Positions 42,614 through 52,400 are shown, counted from the first letter of the stretch. The stretch: 64,000 nucleotides of DNA from an uncultured Bacillales bacterium (GCA_945873815.1 CAMCEE010000005.1:20235-84234), one strand, 5' to 3'. Numbers and translations are program-made. Notes: a model not told the origin generated them from the letters alone.

Positions 42614-43333
42614 ATGATTAGTTTACTTACATGGAGAGCATTTGCAATTGTTGCATTTATATTCTTTATTGCTTCAATTGTAGTACTAATAGTTACAAAA
42701 TTACTAAAGAATAATTTTTATTATGATTATCGTGAAGATGAATTGATTAAAGAAACTAAGAGTATGAACTCTAATAATAGTCTTTATTTTACTTCTGATC
42801 CTTCGACATATCAATACATTAAGAAATACGTTTTATGTAAGACTGTTTCTGATAAATATTGCATTTGTCAATATGATAGAGAATTCAATAAGATTGTGTT
42901 CTTTATTATTCAATATTCTAAAAATAATAAAATAGTTGCGATTACAAAATGCAGCGAAATTAAGAATAATGAGGCATCCAGAGTTATTCCTTTAAATAGA
43001 AAAACAGATAAGATTAATATCATTATTTCAAAAGTTGATAAGATGGAGATTAATTCTTCAGTTATAAAACCATTAAATAAAGTTAAAGTTCTTTTATATT
43101 GTCTATTAAAATTCGATTATAGCTTTACTGGATTATTTGTTCTTAGACATATTATAGTTGAATGTTTAGGACAATCATTTACTGCTTCATATTTTAATTC
43201 GATTTACAATTTAATTTCGATATTAGGTTGCTTATTATTTGGATTAATCGTTTCAATAGCATCATACATTTCTTTGAAAAAGAGAAATCTTATTATGCAT
43301 AGAGGAGGTGTAATTGAATATGAATTTATTTAA
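42614..43333 (+). CDS. Membrane protein (N-terminal TM, soluble beta-rich domain, two C-terminal TM)
   Basis: Hydropathy pattern; closely coupled to both neighbours. Confidence 0.7.
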   Translation: MISLLTWRAFAIVAFIFFIASIVVLIVTKLLKNNFYYDYREDELIKETKSMNSNNSLYFTSDPSTYQYIKKYVLCKTVSDKYCICQYDREFNKIVFFIIQYSKNNKIVAITKCSEIKNNEASRVIPLNRKTDKINIIISKVDKMEINSSVIKPLNKVKVLLYCLLKFDYSFTGLFVLRHIIVECLGQSFTASYFNSIYNLISILGCLLFGLIVSIASYISLKKRNLIMHRGGVIEYEFI

Positions 43334-45584
43334 TAACATCGAAAAGTTTTCTTATACGGAAGAAGAGAAAAAGTGTGTTTCTTTAGAAGAGTACATTATC
43401 TTTGAAGATGAGAGAAATCTTGAGAAATATATAGTATTCAAATTCAGAAACAATTTGCTTCAAAATCTACATGAAATTCGATTTGAAGTTTCACAATATG
43501 ATGAAAACAAAAATCTTGTTGAAAGAGCTTCTTTAGTTTATTCTGATTTTTCTGCTCAACCGGAGGAAATGTTTGTTCCTAAAGCAAAATTGAAAGCTAA
43601 TTATCTTTGTAAGACGATTAGTGTTAGATTGATTTATGCAAAGTTTGATACGGCATATTTTGAAAATGACAAATTGAGTTCAGCTACTTTCTCATTTGAA
43701 AAATATAACGAACAAATTAATCACGATAAAAAGAAAAATATGACGAAAAAAGAAATTCGTCAATTGAAGAAAAAACAAAAAGAAGAGGAAAAGAAACTTA
43801 AAAGAGAAAAAAAGATAGATGATCAATTTCTCAAAATTGAAGCAAAAAATGAGTTTTTAATCAAAGAAAGAAAGTTTAAATCAAAGTATTTAAAGCATTG
43901 TTTTGCGATTAAGAATACTTCACCAAGAAATTCGACTCCTGTTGCAAATGCGATTCTTTCTATTGGTTTTATTGCAATATTAGGTTTTTCTATTTGGTCT
44001 TCATTATCATTCCGCAATGTGAGCGCTTATTATGATGAAGGAGATTATTCATTCTTAATCTACGATAACGATAAAGCAGGAATTGCAAAATATTATGGTA
44101 ATAAGGATAATATAATTATTCCAACCACTAGTAAATTTAAAAGAAATGGTGATATTTTTGCGCCATTATTTAATCAATCTCCAGATGATGATTATGAATA
44201 TCGTTCAATTACTAGAATTGAAAATGAATGTTTCATGAATACAAATATTAAGACGATATCTTTCCAAAATCCTATTTCGATTGGAAATAAAGCATTCTAT
44301 AACTGTAAAAATTTGAATTTAGTATATGGGGATGAAATCTCTTCTATTGGTGATTATGCTTTCAGTGGTGCTTCTTTTTCAAATTTTGAATCTACTAAAT
44401 GTAATAGTATCGGAGAATACGCTTTTGAAAACAATAGTCAATTAAAGTCGATTTCTGTTCCTAATTCATTTGTCAGTAAAAATGCATTTAAAGATTGTAA
44501 TTCTTTAAAATCGATTTATATTGGCTCTACAAACGCAACTAAAATCGGAGAACTATTTGGTGTTCAAAATAACGAAATTCCTGATATATCTGATATTTAC
44601 ATCAATCAATCGGAAATTCCTCAAGGATTTTTCTATGATCTTAATAAAAATATTACAAATATTCATCTTTCTCCTGAAACAATTTGTGAAGAAGATATTT
44701 ATGGTGAAAACCGTAGATTTGATGATAATGCTATTAATATTGAAGATAATAAGATTGTTTCAATCAGTAAATATGTTAAGAGATTGCATGTTCCTTCATA
44801 TATTAAAGATACAAGTCCTTTAGTTTATGATAAAGAATACGAATATTTAACTTCAGTTATTATTGATAGTGATAATTTCGATTATGTAAAATTATTAAAG
44901 AATAATCCTCAAATAAAGGAATTGATTTTCAATATTAGCGTTGATTTACCTAATGATTTATTATCATCTTTATCATCATTAATTCGATTAGAATTCAATA
45001 ATGGATTAATTCTAAATGGAAAAAATCCATTAGCTAGTCAAATCGATTTAGAATGGTTAGTAATTTCTAATGTCGATAACTATTCGATTTCTTCATTATT
45101 TAATTCCTCTTATTTACATATTCATTATTTAGTAATAAAAAATTCAAAAATTAGAAGTAATTTCTTTAATGAAGCAGTGATTGATAGTCTGTCACTTGTA
45201 GATTGTTCTATTGAAGAGAATGCTTTCAATAGTTCAAAAGTCAATAATATATATTTTTCCTCGAGTTGTAACTATGAAAATAAAGTGGAGTGTTTAAGCT
45301 CTTTATCGGCACAATACGTATTACTTGAAAGTTCTGAAGAAATCGAAAACGAAGAAAATTATATGTTTAATATTGTTAAAGGAATTCGTTTAAGAGAATA
45401 TCATTTTACTTTTGAAAATTTCTCATTTAATGCAAATATGTATTTCTTCACATATTTTAGTGACAAGATTACATCATTATTCGATGATGGAGATGATTAT
45501 TTTGAATATGATGCGACACTTATTAATAGTACAGGCCAATCAATCTATTATTATGGAGACGATGTTATTTTAATAATGAAATAA
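43314..45584 (+). CDS. Single-pass membrane protein with BspA-type (LRR_5) leucine-rich repeats
   Basis: SIGNKAFYNCKNL, SIGDYAFSG, SIGEYAFENNSQLKSI, NAFKDCNSLKSI after a TM; N-terminal soluble domain and Lys-rich helix. Confidence 0.8.
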   Translation: MNMNLFNNIEKFSYTEEEKKCVSLEEYIIFEDERNLEKYIVFKFRNNLLQNLHEIRFEVSQYDENKNLVERASLVYSDFSAQPEEMFVPKAKLKANYLCKTISVRLIYAKFDTAYFENDKLSSATFSFEKYNEQINHDKKKNMTKKEIRQLKKKQKEEEKKLKREKKIDDQFLKIEAKNEFLIKERKFKSKYLKHCFAIKNTSPRNSTPVANAILSIGFIAILGFSIWSSLSFRNVSAYYDEGDYSFLIYDNDKAGIAKYYGNKDNIIIPTTSKFKRNGDIFAPLFNQSPDDDYEYRSITRIENECFMNTNIKTISFQNPISIGNKAFYNCKNLNLVYGDEISSIGDYAFSGASFSNFESTKCNSIGEYAFENNSQLKSISVPNSFVSKNAFKDCNSLKSIYIGSTNATKIGELFGVQNNEIPDISDIYINQSEIPQGFFYDLNKNITNIHLSPETICEEDIYGENRRFDDNAINIEDNKIVSISKYVKRLHVPSYIKDTSPLVYDKEYEYLTSVIIDSDNFDYVKLLKNNPQIKELIFNISVDLPNDLLSSLSSLIRLEFNNGLILNGKNPLASQIDLEWLVISNVDNYSISSLFNSSYLHIHYLVIKNSKIRSNFFNEAVIDSLSLVDCSIEENAFNSSKVNNIYFSSSCNYENKVECLSSLSAQYVLLESSEEIENEENYMFNIVKGIRLREYHFTFENFSFNANMYFFTYFSDKITSLFDDGDDYFEYDATLINSTGQSIYYYGDDVILIMK

Positions 45585-45609
45585 TTTTCACTTAAAAAGG
45601 AGGTGGACT

Positions 45610-48600
45610 ATGGAGGATATTATAATATTCTTAATACAATATGGACCTTTGATTCTATTTGTATTGACGTTATTATTATCGGTTCTTTTTGGTTTTCTTG
45701 ATGGAAAACGTAAGAGCATTATTTTCCTTGTTCACTCTATTATTAGTTTAGTGATATGCGTTAGTTTATATTATGGATTAATTAACAACGAATACACTGA
45801 TTCTTTCATCTTATCACTAATTAATTTCTTCTTAGGATCATCGACAGGACTTCAAAATCTACTTCATGTTTCTGTGGAACATACAACATTGAGTAGTTGC
45901 CTACTAGAATGGCTTCCAAATTCCTTAAATTTCAATGACAGCTTCAAACTTCTTTTAAGTGAGAATACTTCTTATTTACTTGCTATAGTTGATTTATTGT
46001 ATCATATTGCCTTTTTTATAGTATTATTTGTTCTATTTTGGATTCTTAAATTCATTTTATGGCTTACTTATATTTTCTTTTATTCTGATAGAAAATATAA
46101 AGTACGTAATCAATATGAGATTTATGCTAATAACGATGATACACTCTTTAGAAAAAAGAGAATACAAGGTTCACTTATTGGATTATTTAGAGGTTTTGTA
46201 AGTGGCATCTGCACATTATCTATTATTGGGAGTGTATTCTTTATTGCAACAGGTGGACCTAACGCTGAAAAAATAAGCGATATAAAACTTTCTCAAAACA
46301 CTAATGAATTAGTAAAATATTATGGATATATCGAAGAATATGGTAATACAGGTATTCTTGGTTTTATGAATGGGATAAAAGATAACGAAGGAACTCCTTA
46401 TTATTTGATGCTTACGGATATAGTTTTACAAGGTAGCGTTAAAGATGAAAACAATAATGTAACACAAAAACTATATTTAAGAAAAGAATTAGGTGAATAT
46501 GTATATCTTGCAAAGAAAACGATAAATTTAGTTGATAAATATAGTGATGCTTCTATGGAAGATATCACATCAAATAAAACCAATATTAATTCTATTATCG
46601 TTCCACTTCTTGTTAATGATGGATTTAAGGAAGAATTCAAGCAATTGATTCTTGGATTTGATAATGAAATGTTTGCATTACAATTTGGACTAGGTTTATT
46701 GGAATCTGCTATTTCAAATATCGATACGATTTCTTTTACTAACAATTTAAATCCGATGGTTAAGGATTTAGTTCAAATAATGTTTAAAAAAGGATATTAT
46801 TCGGATTCCATTCCTGAAGAAAAACATGAAAAAGAAACTAATGAGGAAAAACTTGATGTTTTACCATATTTCAAATTGAAGAATTTCTTGTCGAAATCTG
46901 ATTTTTGTGAAATATATGAGATGATTGTTGAAATTATAAAAGAAGAAAAGAAGGATGCAATTCAAATAGTTGAATCTGTTCTTCCAAGAATCACTAATTT
47001 GTCTATATTTAAAAAAGATTCGTTATCTGTATCTCCAGTGCTTGGTAGATTGTACAATTTTGCAGCTTGTAATTTCTTGAAAAATGGTGAAAGGGAAGAA
47101 ATCGATTCATTTGATATTTATAAATACAATATTACAGATACAAACTGGGTTGAAGAGATTCATCTATTAAGTGAATGCTCTAGTAATATTTTTGGACTTT
47201 ATAGGAATGTATATGAAAAAGATGTTGATATTATCACAACGATACTAAAAGTATTCGATGAATCTTCTATGAAATATTATGAGAATATACAATATTATGA
47301 TCAAATTGTCAAATCATTATCTAAATCTCGTTTACTTGGTGAAGTATTAAAATCTAAACTTGTTTCAACGTATTTATACGATTCACTTTCAAAAACATCT
47401 ACTTCCTTTGAAATGCCTGAAGGTATTGAGTATGCAAATACGTATGATGATATGGGAAATATTATTAAAGAAGGAGAGATTTCTAATCTATTAAAAGGAT
47501 TAAGAGCAATCGCTGAAAATAAGGAATTATCCTCTTGTATTCAGGATTTATTAAAAGGCAATTCAATTGATCTTATTGAATTCTTAAATACTAATGTTAA
47601 TTCTTTTTCGGAAATAGATAAATATGGTAAATCAATTTTTGACTATCTTATCGATTCAGATTTATTGGAAAGTTTGATTTCTGGAATTTTGATCGATAAT
47701 AGTAAAGCAGAATCTGGTTTATTGTATATTCCTTCTTCTGCTCTTGTTTCTGGTAAGAATAATGTTAAGAAGAACATTATTTTACGTAGTGAATTATCGA
47801 CTTTATTTAAGAATTTACCTACGCTATTAGATTTAATGGAAAAGGCTAAAGATGTAAGTGGATTAGATGAGATTATCAATGATCCAACTTATGATATGAT
47901 TTTGAATAATCGAATTGTTCAAGGTACGATTGGAAGAGTAATAAATAAACAATTTGAAAATAATGAGAATCTCATTATTCCTAAAGAATTAAGGAATCCG
48001 GATAAATGGGTATCTTCTTCTTTAGAACAAGGAGAATTAAAATCATTAATCAATTTTATTAGGAGTTCGGGATTAAGCATTTCAAGTTTAACTAATGGTG
48101 AGAGTAATGTAAGTGAAGAACTTTTTGAGATTGCAAAGAAAGAAGAATTACTTGAAATGATGCTTTCTTCAAAAATCATTCATTATACAGTAAGTAACGT
48201 CTTTGAAAGTAATCTTAATATTGGTGATTTAGAAATCATTGTTCCTAATAGTATTAAAGAACAATTGGTTAATGATAATTTAGAATATTTGATAAAAAAA
48301 GATGAAATTAAGAATGTATTTAAATTGATTAATAAATTGGAGCTTAATACTTTAGATTTTGAAGATATTCCTTCACTTTTAAGAACAATGATTATTAATA
48401 AGGAAAGCATTTGTTCGAGCGATATCATCGAAACAACAATCATCAACTATATGGTTAATTCTGAAATTGTTGATTATTTTGATGTTCCAACTTTATTAAA
48501 CAATAGTAATGATGGAAGTAAAGTTGCTTTAAAAGAATTCGATGAAACAAATGCATGGAATAAAGAATTTAAGTCTTTATTAATTGCACTTGATGAATTA

Positions 48601-49938
48601 TTTGATATTTCTTCACCTAATAGCGATTTTATATTGGATGAACAATATTTAGATGATAAATTTACTTCTTTAGTAAAATCTGGATTGAAGAAACCTTCTT
48701 CAGTTGATAATAGAAGACAAGTAATTGATGTATGTTTTGATTCGATGATGATTTCTAATACGATTACTATTAAAATCGATGAATACATCGATAATGAATT
48801 GTTAAGGAATAATGATGTTAGAAATTCATGTAAAATTAATGGTATATATAAGCTATCTGAAGTAAGAGCTCTTCTTGATTCATTTGATGCATTGAAGATT
48901 TCCTTTGATGAAACTTCTTCATATAATTTCATGGAAAATTTATATGATTTAAATGAAATACTAAGTAGTGGCAAAACTAAACTTGATGTAATTTATGATT
49001 CAACGATATTAACAGGTATTATTACTGAAGAGATTCAAGATATCATCTCTTTATCTACATATTTAGTTGATCATGATAAAGCATATCGAAATGATATTGA
49101 TTTGTATCGTAAAGAAGAATTAAAGGCCCTTATTGATATTGTTGGAAATAATGAATTCACCTATGAATTTAATATTAATTCCATCTCTTTGTCCAAAATA
49201 AGAAATTCAATGTTCGTTGGAGATTCTTATAATGTTAATTCATACTTATTATTTTCTGCGGTATCGAAAAACATATGTAAAGTAAATCAAATTGTTATCC
49301 CTTATTCATCAGTTAATACGACTTTACCTGATGGAACGATTTTATTAAAAGAAAAAGATGTATTTGATCTATTTAATGGATTACGTGCCTTAAATATTGA
49401 ATCGATTAACGGAATTAATTTTACGGATTTAATCGTCAATTCAAATTCCATTGATTTACTAAGTAGAAGTGAAATATTAAGAACGACGGTAGGACAAAAA
49501 ATCATTATTAAGAATAATGGGGTAGAAGTAGGTTTAATTGCTAAAAATGATCGTAGTATAGCATTGAAAACTAAAGATATTAACGATAAAGATATCGTTC
49601 AAATATCCGAATCGGAAATGATAAAATTATTGAATTCATTCTTCCTTATTATTGAAAGTGATAGTTATCAAATAACTCAACCAATTGAATTCAATATGAA
49701 TCTTGTTATTTCTCTTTCAAATAATACAAATAGTTTTAGTGAAATTCTTAAGTCGAACATAATAAATATTGTAATTTCTAATGTTATTACTAGTGCAAAG
49801 GTAAGTAATGGATGGATATTTATTGATGATCCAAAAGAATCTTATGAAGTAATATTCTTTAGAGGTCTTTATAATCGTGAATTATATGTGTATACTTATG
49901 AGGAGATTATGAATATTATAAAGAACATATCTCTATAG
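45610..49938 (+). CDS. Large membrane protein: CvpA-like TM region followed by about 10 helical repeats
   Basis: FGFLDGKRKS and RIQGSLIGLFRG resemble CvpA-type motifs; repeated S.I...TI...I...L.IP...E(L/I)..L(L/I/F). Confidence 0.65.
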   Translation: MEDIIIFLIQYGPLILFVLTLLLSVLFGFLDGKRKSIIFLVHSIISLVICVSLYYGLINNEYTDSFILSLINFFLGSSTGLQNLLHVSVEHTTLSSCLLEWLPNSLNFNDSFKLLLSENTSYLLAIVDLLYHIAFFIVLFVLFWILKFILWLTYIFFYSDRKYKVRNQYEIYANNDDTLFRKKRIQGSLIGLFRGFVSGICTLSIIGSVFFIATGGPNAEKISDIKLSQNTNELVKYYGYIEEYGNTGILGFMNGIKDNEGTPYYLMLTDIVLQGSVKDENNNVTQKLYLRKELGEYVYLAKKTINLVDKYSDASMEDITSNKTNINSIIVPLLVNDGFKEEFKQLILGFDNEMFALQFGLGLLESAISNIDTISFTNNLNPMVKDLVQIMFKKGYYSDSIPEEKHEKETNEEKLDVLPYFKLKNFLSKSDFCEIYEMIVEIIKEEKKDAIQIVESVLPRITNLSIFKKDSLSVSPVLGRLYNFAACNFLKNGEREEIDSFDIYKYNITDTNWVEEIHLLSECSSNIFGLYRNVYEKDVDIITTILKVFDESSMKYYENIQYYDQIVKSLSKSRLLGEVLKSKLVSTYLYDSLSKTSTSFEMPEGIEYANTYDDMGNIIKEGEISNLLKGLRAIAENKELSSCIQDLLKGNSIDLIEFLNTNVNSFSEIDKYGKSIFDYLIDSDLLESLISGILIDNSKAESGLLYIPSSALVSGKNNVKKNIILRSELSTLFKNLPTLLDLMEKAKDVSGLDEIINDPTYDMILNNRIVQGTIGRVINKQFENNENLIIPKELRNPDKWVSSSLEQGELKSLINFIRSSGLSISSLTNGESNVSEELFEIAKKEELLEMMLSSKIIHYTVSNVFESNLNIGDLEIIVPNSIKEQLVNDNLEYLIKKDEIKNVFKLINKLELNTLDFEDIPSLLRTMIINKESICSSDIIETTIINYMVNSEIVDYFDVPTLLNNSNDGSKVALKEFDETNAWNKEFKSLLIALDELFDISSPNSDFILDEQYLDDKFTSLVKSGLKKPSSVDNRRQVIDVCFDSMMISNTITIKIDEYIDNELLRNNDVRNSCKINGIYKLSEVRALLDSFDALKISFDETSSYNFMENLYDLNEILSSGKTKLDVIYDSTILTGIITEEIQDIISLSTYLVDHDKAYRNDIDLYRKEELKALIDIVGNNEFTYEFNINSISLSKIRNSMFVGDSYNVNSYLLFSAVSKNICKVNQIVIPYSSVNTTLPDGTILLKEKDVFDLFNGLRALNIESINGINFTDLIVNSNSIDLLSRSEILRTTVGQKIIIKNNGVEVGLIAKNDRSIALKTKDINDKDIVQISESEMIKLLNSFFLIIESDSYQITQPIEFNMNLVISLSNNTNSFSEILKSNIINIVISNVITSAKVSNGWIFIDDPKESYEVIFFRGLYNRELYVYTYEEIMNIIKNISL

Positions 49939-49954
49939 GAACGGAGAATTGATT

Positions 49955-50386
49955 ATGAAAAAATGTCCTTATTGCTTCACTTTGATGAATGATGATGTTA
50001 ATAAATGCCCAAATTGTTTAAAAGATATGACGAATCTTTCTTCAATGAGTGAGCTCTCTTCTTCAAATAATAAGTTTTCTTTTATGACGTTTATTTTTGG
50101 AATCGTAATATCTTTAGGCTCTTTGATTGCTTCTTTTTCAGTACGTCAAAATAGAATAAATTATCAAAATATGTACGATGAAGTTAAATTGGCATACGAA
50201 ATAGAAACTAATGAATCAATAAAGGAAACATTAAGAAATAAGGGGGAAAGTTTAATTGCAAATATACATACCTGCGAATATAAAGAGATTTCATTTTATG
50301 TTTTATGTGGTATAGGCGCGATTATTGTTTTATATGTTTTAATTTCCTATTTTGTCAAATTGATTAAAAATAAAAAAAAGTGTTGA
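49955..50386 (+). CDS. Zinc-ribbon membrane protein
   Basis: CPYC-x10-CPNC at the N-terminus, two TM helices; alternative TTG start at 49949. Confidence 0.75.
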   Translation: MKKCPYCFTLMNDDVNKCPNCLKDMTNLSSMSELSSSNNKFSFMTFIFGIVISLGSLIASFSVRQNRINYQNMYDEVKLAYEIETNESIKETLRNKGESLIANIHTCEYKEISFYVLCGIGAIIVLYVLISYFVKLIKNKKKC

Positions 50387-50411
50387 ATAAAAATATGCAT
50401 TTGTTTATAAA
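50383..50411 (+). promoter_or_regulatory. Putative sigma-A promoter for mgtE leader
   Basis: TTGAAT-17 bp-TATAAA. Confidence 0.5.
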
Positions 50412-50445
50412 TTAAATAGTAGATTCCAGAAAGGAGATGGTAAAA

Positions 50446-50520
50446 ATGGATTATTATGTGTGTCAGTATAATTATTGTTCAAATAATAATAAGGTCTATT
50501 TTTACCAAATTCAAAAATAG
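50446..50520 (+). CDS. Putative 24-aa leader peptide of mgtE (MDYYVCQYNYCSNNNKVYFYQIQK)
   Basis: Strong SD GAAAGGAG at 50429-50436; the ORF overlaps mutually exclusive hairpins. Confidence 0.5.
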   Translation: MDYYVCQYNYCSNNNKVYFYQIQK

Positions 50521-50543
50521 TACCTTATTTAATGGAGGTACAT

Positions 50544-51938
50544 ATGGAAAAATTTATTGAAGAATTATTAAATATTATTAGATCCGATAAATCTGATTTA
50601 GAAATCAAAAAGGCATTGGATGATTACCATGATTCCGATATTGCCGTTGTTTTGGAGTACTTAGAAGATTTTGAAAAAGCTAAATTGATGCGAATATTAG
50701 GATTGGAAGATGCTTCAAATGTTATTTCTTATGCAGAAGATAAAGATGAATTTTTAGATTATGTCAATATGGATCAAGCTGCAGACATTATTGAAAACAT
50801 GGATGCAGATGATGCAGTTGATGTATTAGAAGAAATGGATGAATCTGATCGACAAGAGATTCTTGAACTTATTGATGATAAGGATGTAAAAGAAGATATT
50901 CAACTTATTCTATCTTTTGATAAGGATGAAGTTGGTTCCTTAATGACTACAAATTTTGTAACGATTAATAAGGTTGATAATGTAAAAGAAGCGATGAAGA
51001 AAGTGATTTCTCAAGCGGAAGATAACGATAATATTTCTACTATTTTCGTTTGTGATGACGATAATCATTTCGAAGCTGCGCTTGATTTAAAGGATTTGAT
51101 TATATCTCGCGCAAATCAAAATCTAGAGGATAAATGGATGTGTAATTATCCAACCTTACATGGTCATGATAAGATTGATGATGTTTTAAACCACGTTAAA
51201 GATTACGCAGAGGATATTATTCCAATCCTTGATGAAAATGAGAAGATTATTGGAGTATTAACCGCGAATGACGTTATTGAACTTGTTACCGATGAAGCAA
51301 ATGAAGATTATCATCGTTTAGCAGGTTTGACCGAGGAAGAAGAAGTAAATGAATCAGTTTTTCAATCAATTAAAAAACGTATACCTTGGCTAGCATTATT
51401 GTTGCTTTTGGGGTTAATCGTATCTTCGGTTGTTTCGGCTTTTGAAATGGTTATTGCTTCTGTTAGTGCAGCTGTAATATTCCAATCAGTCGTATTTGAT
51501 ATGGCAGGTAATGGTGGAACGCAATCTCTTGCAGTTACATTAACAACAATTAATAATGATGATTCACTTTCTAAAAAGAAAATTATCAAAATGATATTTA
51601 AAGAGATAAGAGTAGGTTTAATTAATGGATTAATTCTTGGAGTACTATCATTTGGTGTAATACTTGGATTTTTATCAATAAGACATCAAGGAGTATTTTC
51701 ATCAAATCCAGAGACTTTTGTCTTCTTAGATTGTGTGAAAATTGCTTCGTGTGTAGGTATCGCTTTATGTATTGCGATATCAGTTTCTAGTTTATTTGGT
51801 TTAATTCTTCCGGTTTTCTTTAAAAAGATTAAAATTGACCCAGCAGTAGCATCTGGCCCAATGATTACGACAATAAATGATATATGTTCGGCATGTATAT
51901 ATTACACGCTCGTGGGATTATTTTTCTCAATGTTATAA
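50544..51938 (+). CDS. mgtE: Magnesium transporter MgtE
   Basis: MgtE N domain (D.DDAVDVL), CBS pair, RIPWL, DMAGNGGTQS, IDPAVASGPMITTINDI. Confidence 0.96.
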   Translation: MEKFIEELLNIIRSDKSDLEIKKALDDYHDSDIAVVLEYLEDFEKAKLMRILGLEDASNVISYAEDKDEFLDYVNMDQAADIIENMDADDAVDVLEEMDESDRQEILELIDDKDVKEDIQLILSFDKDEVGSLMTTNFVTINKVDNVKEAMKKVISQAEDNDNISTIFVCDDDNHFEAALDLKDLIISRANQNLEDKWMCNYPTLHGHDKIDDVLNHVKDYAEDIIPILDENEKIIGVLTANDVIELVTDEANEDYHRLAGLTEEEEVNESVFQSIKKRIPWLALLLLLGLIVSSVVSAFEMVIASVSAAVIFQSVVFDMAGNGGTQSLAVTLTTINNDDSLSKKKIIKMIFKEIRVGLINGLILGVLSFGVILGFLSIRHQGVFSSNPETFVFLDCVKIASCVGIALCIAISVSSLFGLILPVFFKKIKIDPAVASGPMITTINDICSACIYYTLVGLFFSML

Positions 51939-52090
51939 TTTTAAATGAGATTTTGTACTAGAATGATGAAAAATCGGCGTTATTTTAAACTACTGTTCCT
52001 TGAGATAAAAGAAAATGAAGAAAAATAAAAATTTCTATTGATTTTTTACAAAATTTTGGTAATATTATTCTTGCATTGTTAAAATGCAAT

Positions 52091-52168
52091 GGCGGTGTAG
52101 CCCAGTTGGTTTAGAGCGGCCGGCTCATACCCGGCAGGTCGAGGGTTCAAGCCCCTCTGCCGCCACCA
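52091..52168 (+). tRNA. tRNA-Met (CAT), elongator type
   Basis: Cloverleaf GGCGGTG/TGCCGCC, anticodon loop CTCATAC, encoded CCA. Confidence 0.93.
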
Positions 52169-52185
52169 AAAATAATGTAGTACTA

Positions 52186-52261
52186 GGACCCTTAGTTCAA
52201 TGGTTAGAGCCCCCGTCTCATAAACGGGTAGTTGTAGGTTCGAGTCCTACAGGGTCCACCA
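52186..52261 (+). tRNA. tRNA-Ile2 (CAT, lysidine-modified)
   Basis: GGACCCT/AGGGTCC acceptor stem, CTCATAA loop, resembles Bacillota tRNA-Ile(CAU); encoded CCA. Confidence 0.85.
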
Positions 52262-52266
52262 AATAT

Positions 52267-52357
52267 GGAGAAATACCCAAGTGGTTGAAGGGGTCGGTCT
52301 TGAAAACCGATAGGGGATGCAAGTCCCGCAAGAGTTCGAATCTCTTTTTCTCCGCCA
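52267..52357 (+). tRNA. tRNA-Ser (TGA)
   Basis: GGAGAAA/TTTCTCC stem, CTTGAAA loop, long variable arm, discriminator G, CCA. Confidence 0.95.
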
Positions 52358-52370
52358 TTATGATTTATGC

Positions 52371-52400
52371 ACTATGTTCTATATGAACATAGTTTTTTTT
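52371..52400 (+). terminator. Terminator after tRNA cluster
   Basis: ACTATGTTC-N5-GAACATAGT followed by a T run. Confidence 0.85.

Noticed and set aside
16320..50386. Mobile element, prophage or ICE
   Set aside because: No integrase, transposase, relaxase, VirB4 or phage genes, and no att-like flanking repeats seen; base composition looks host-like by eye
50387..50543. M-box (ykoK) riboswitch before mgtE
   Set aside because: Leader is short and AT-rich, and I could not find M-box consensus blocks
52084..52386. 100-aa ORF
   Set aside because: Spurious reading through three tRNA genes
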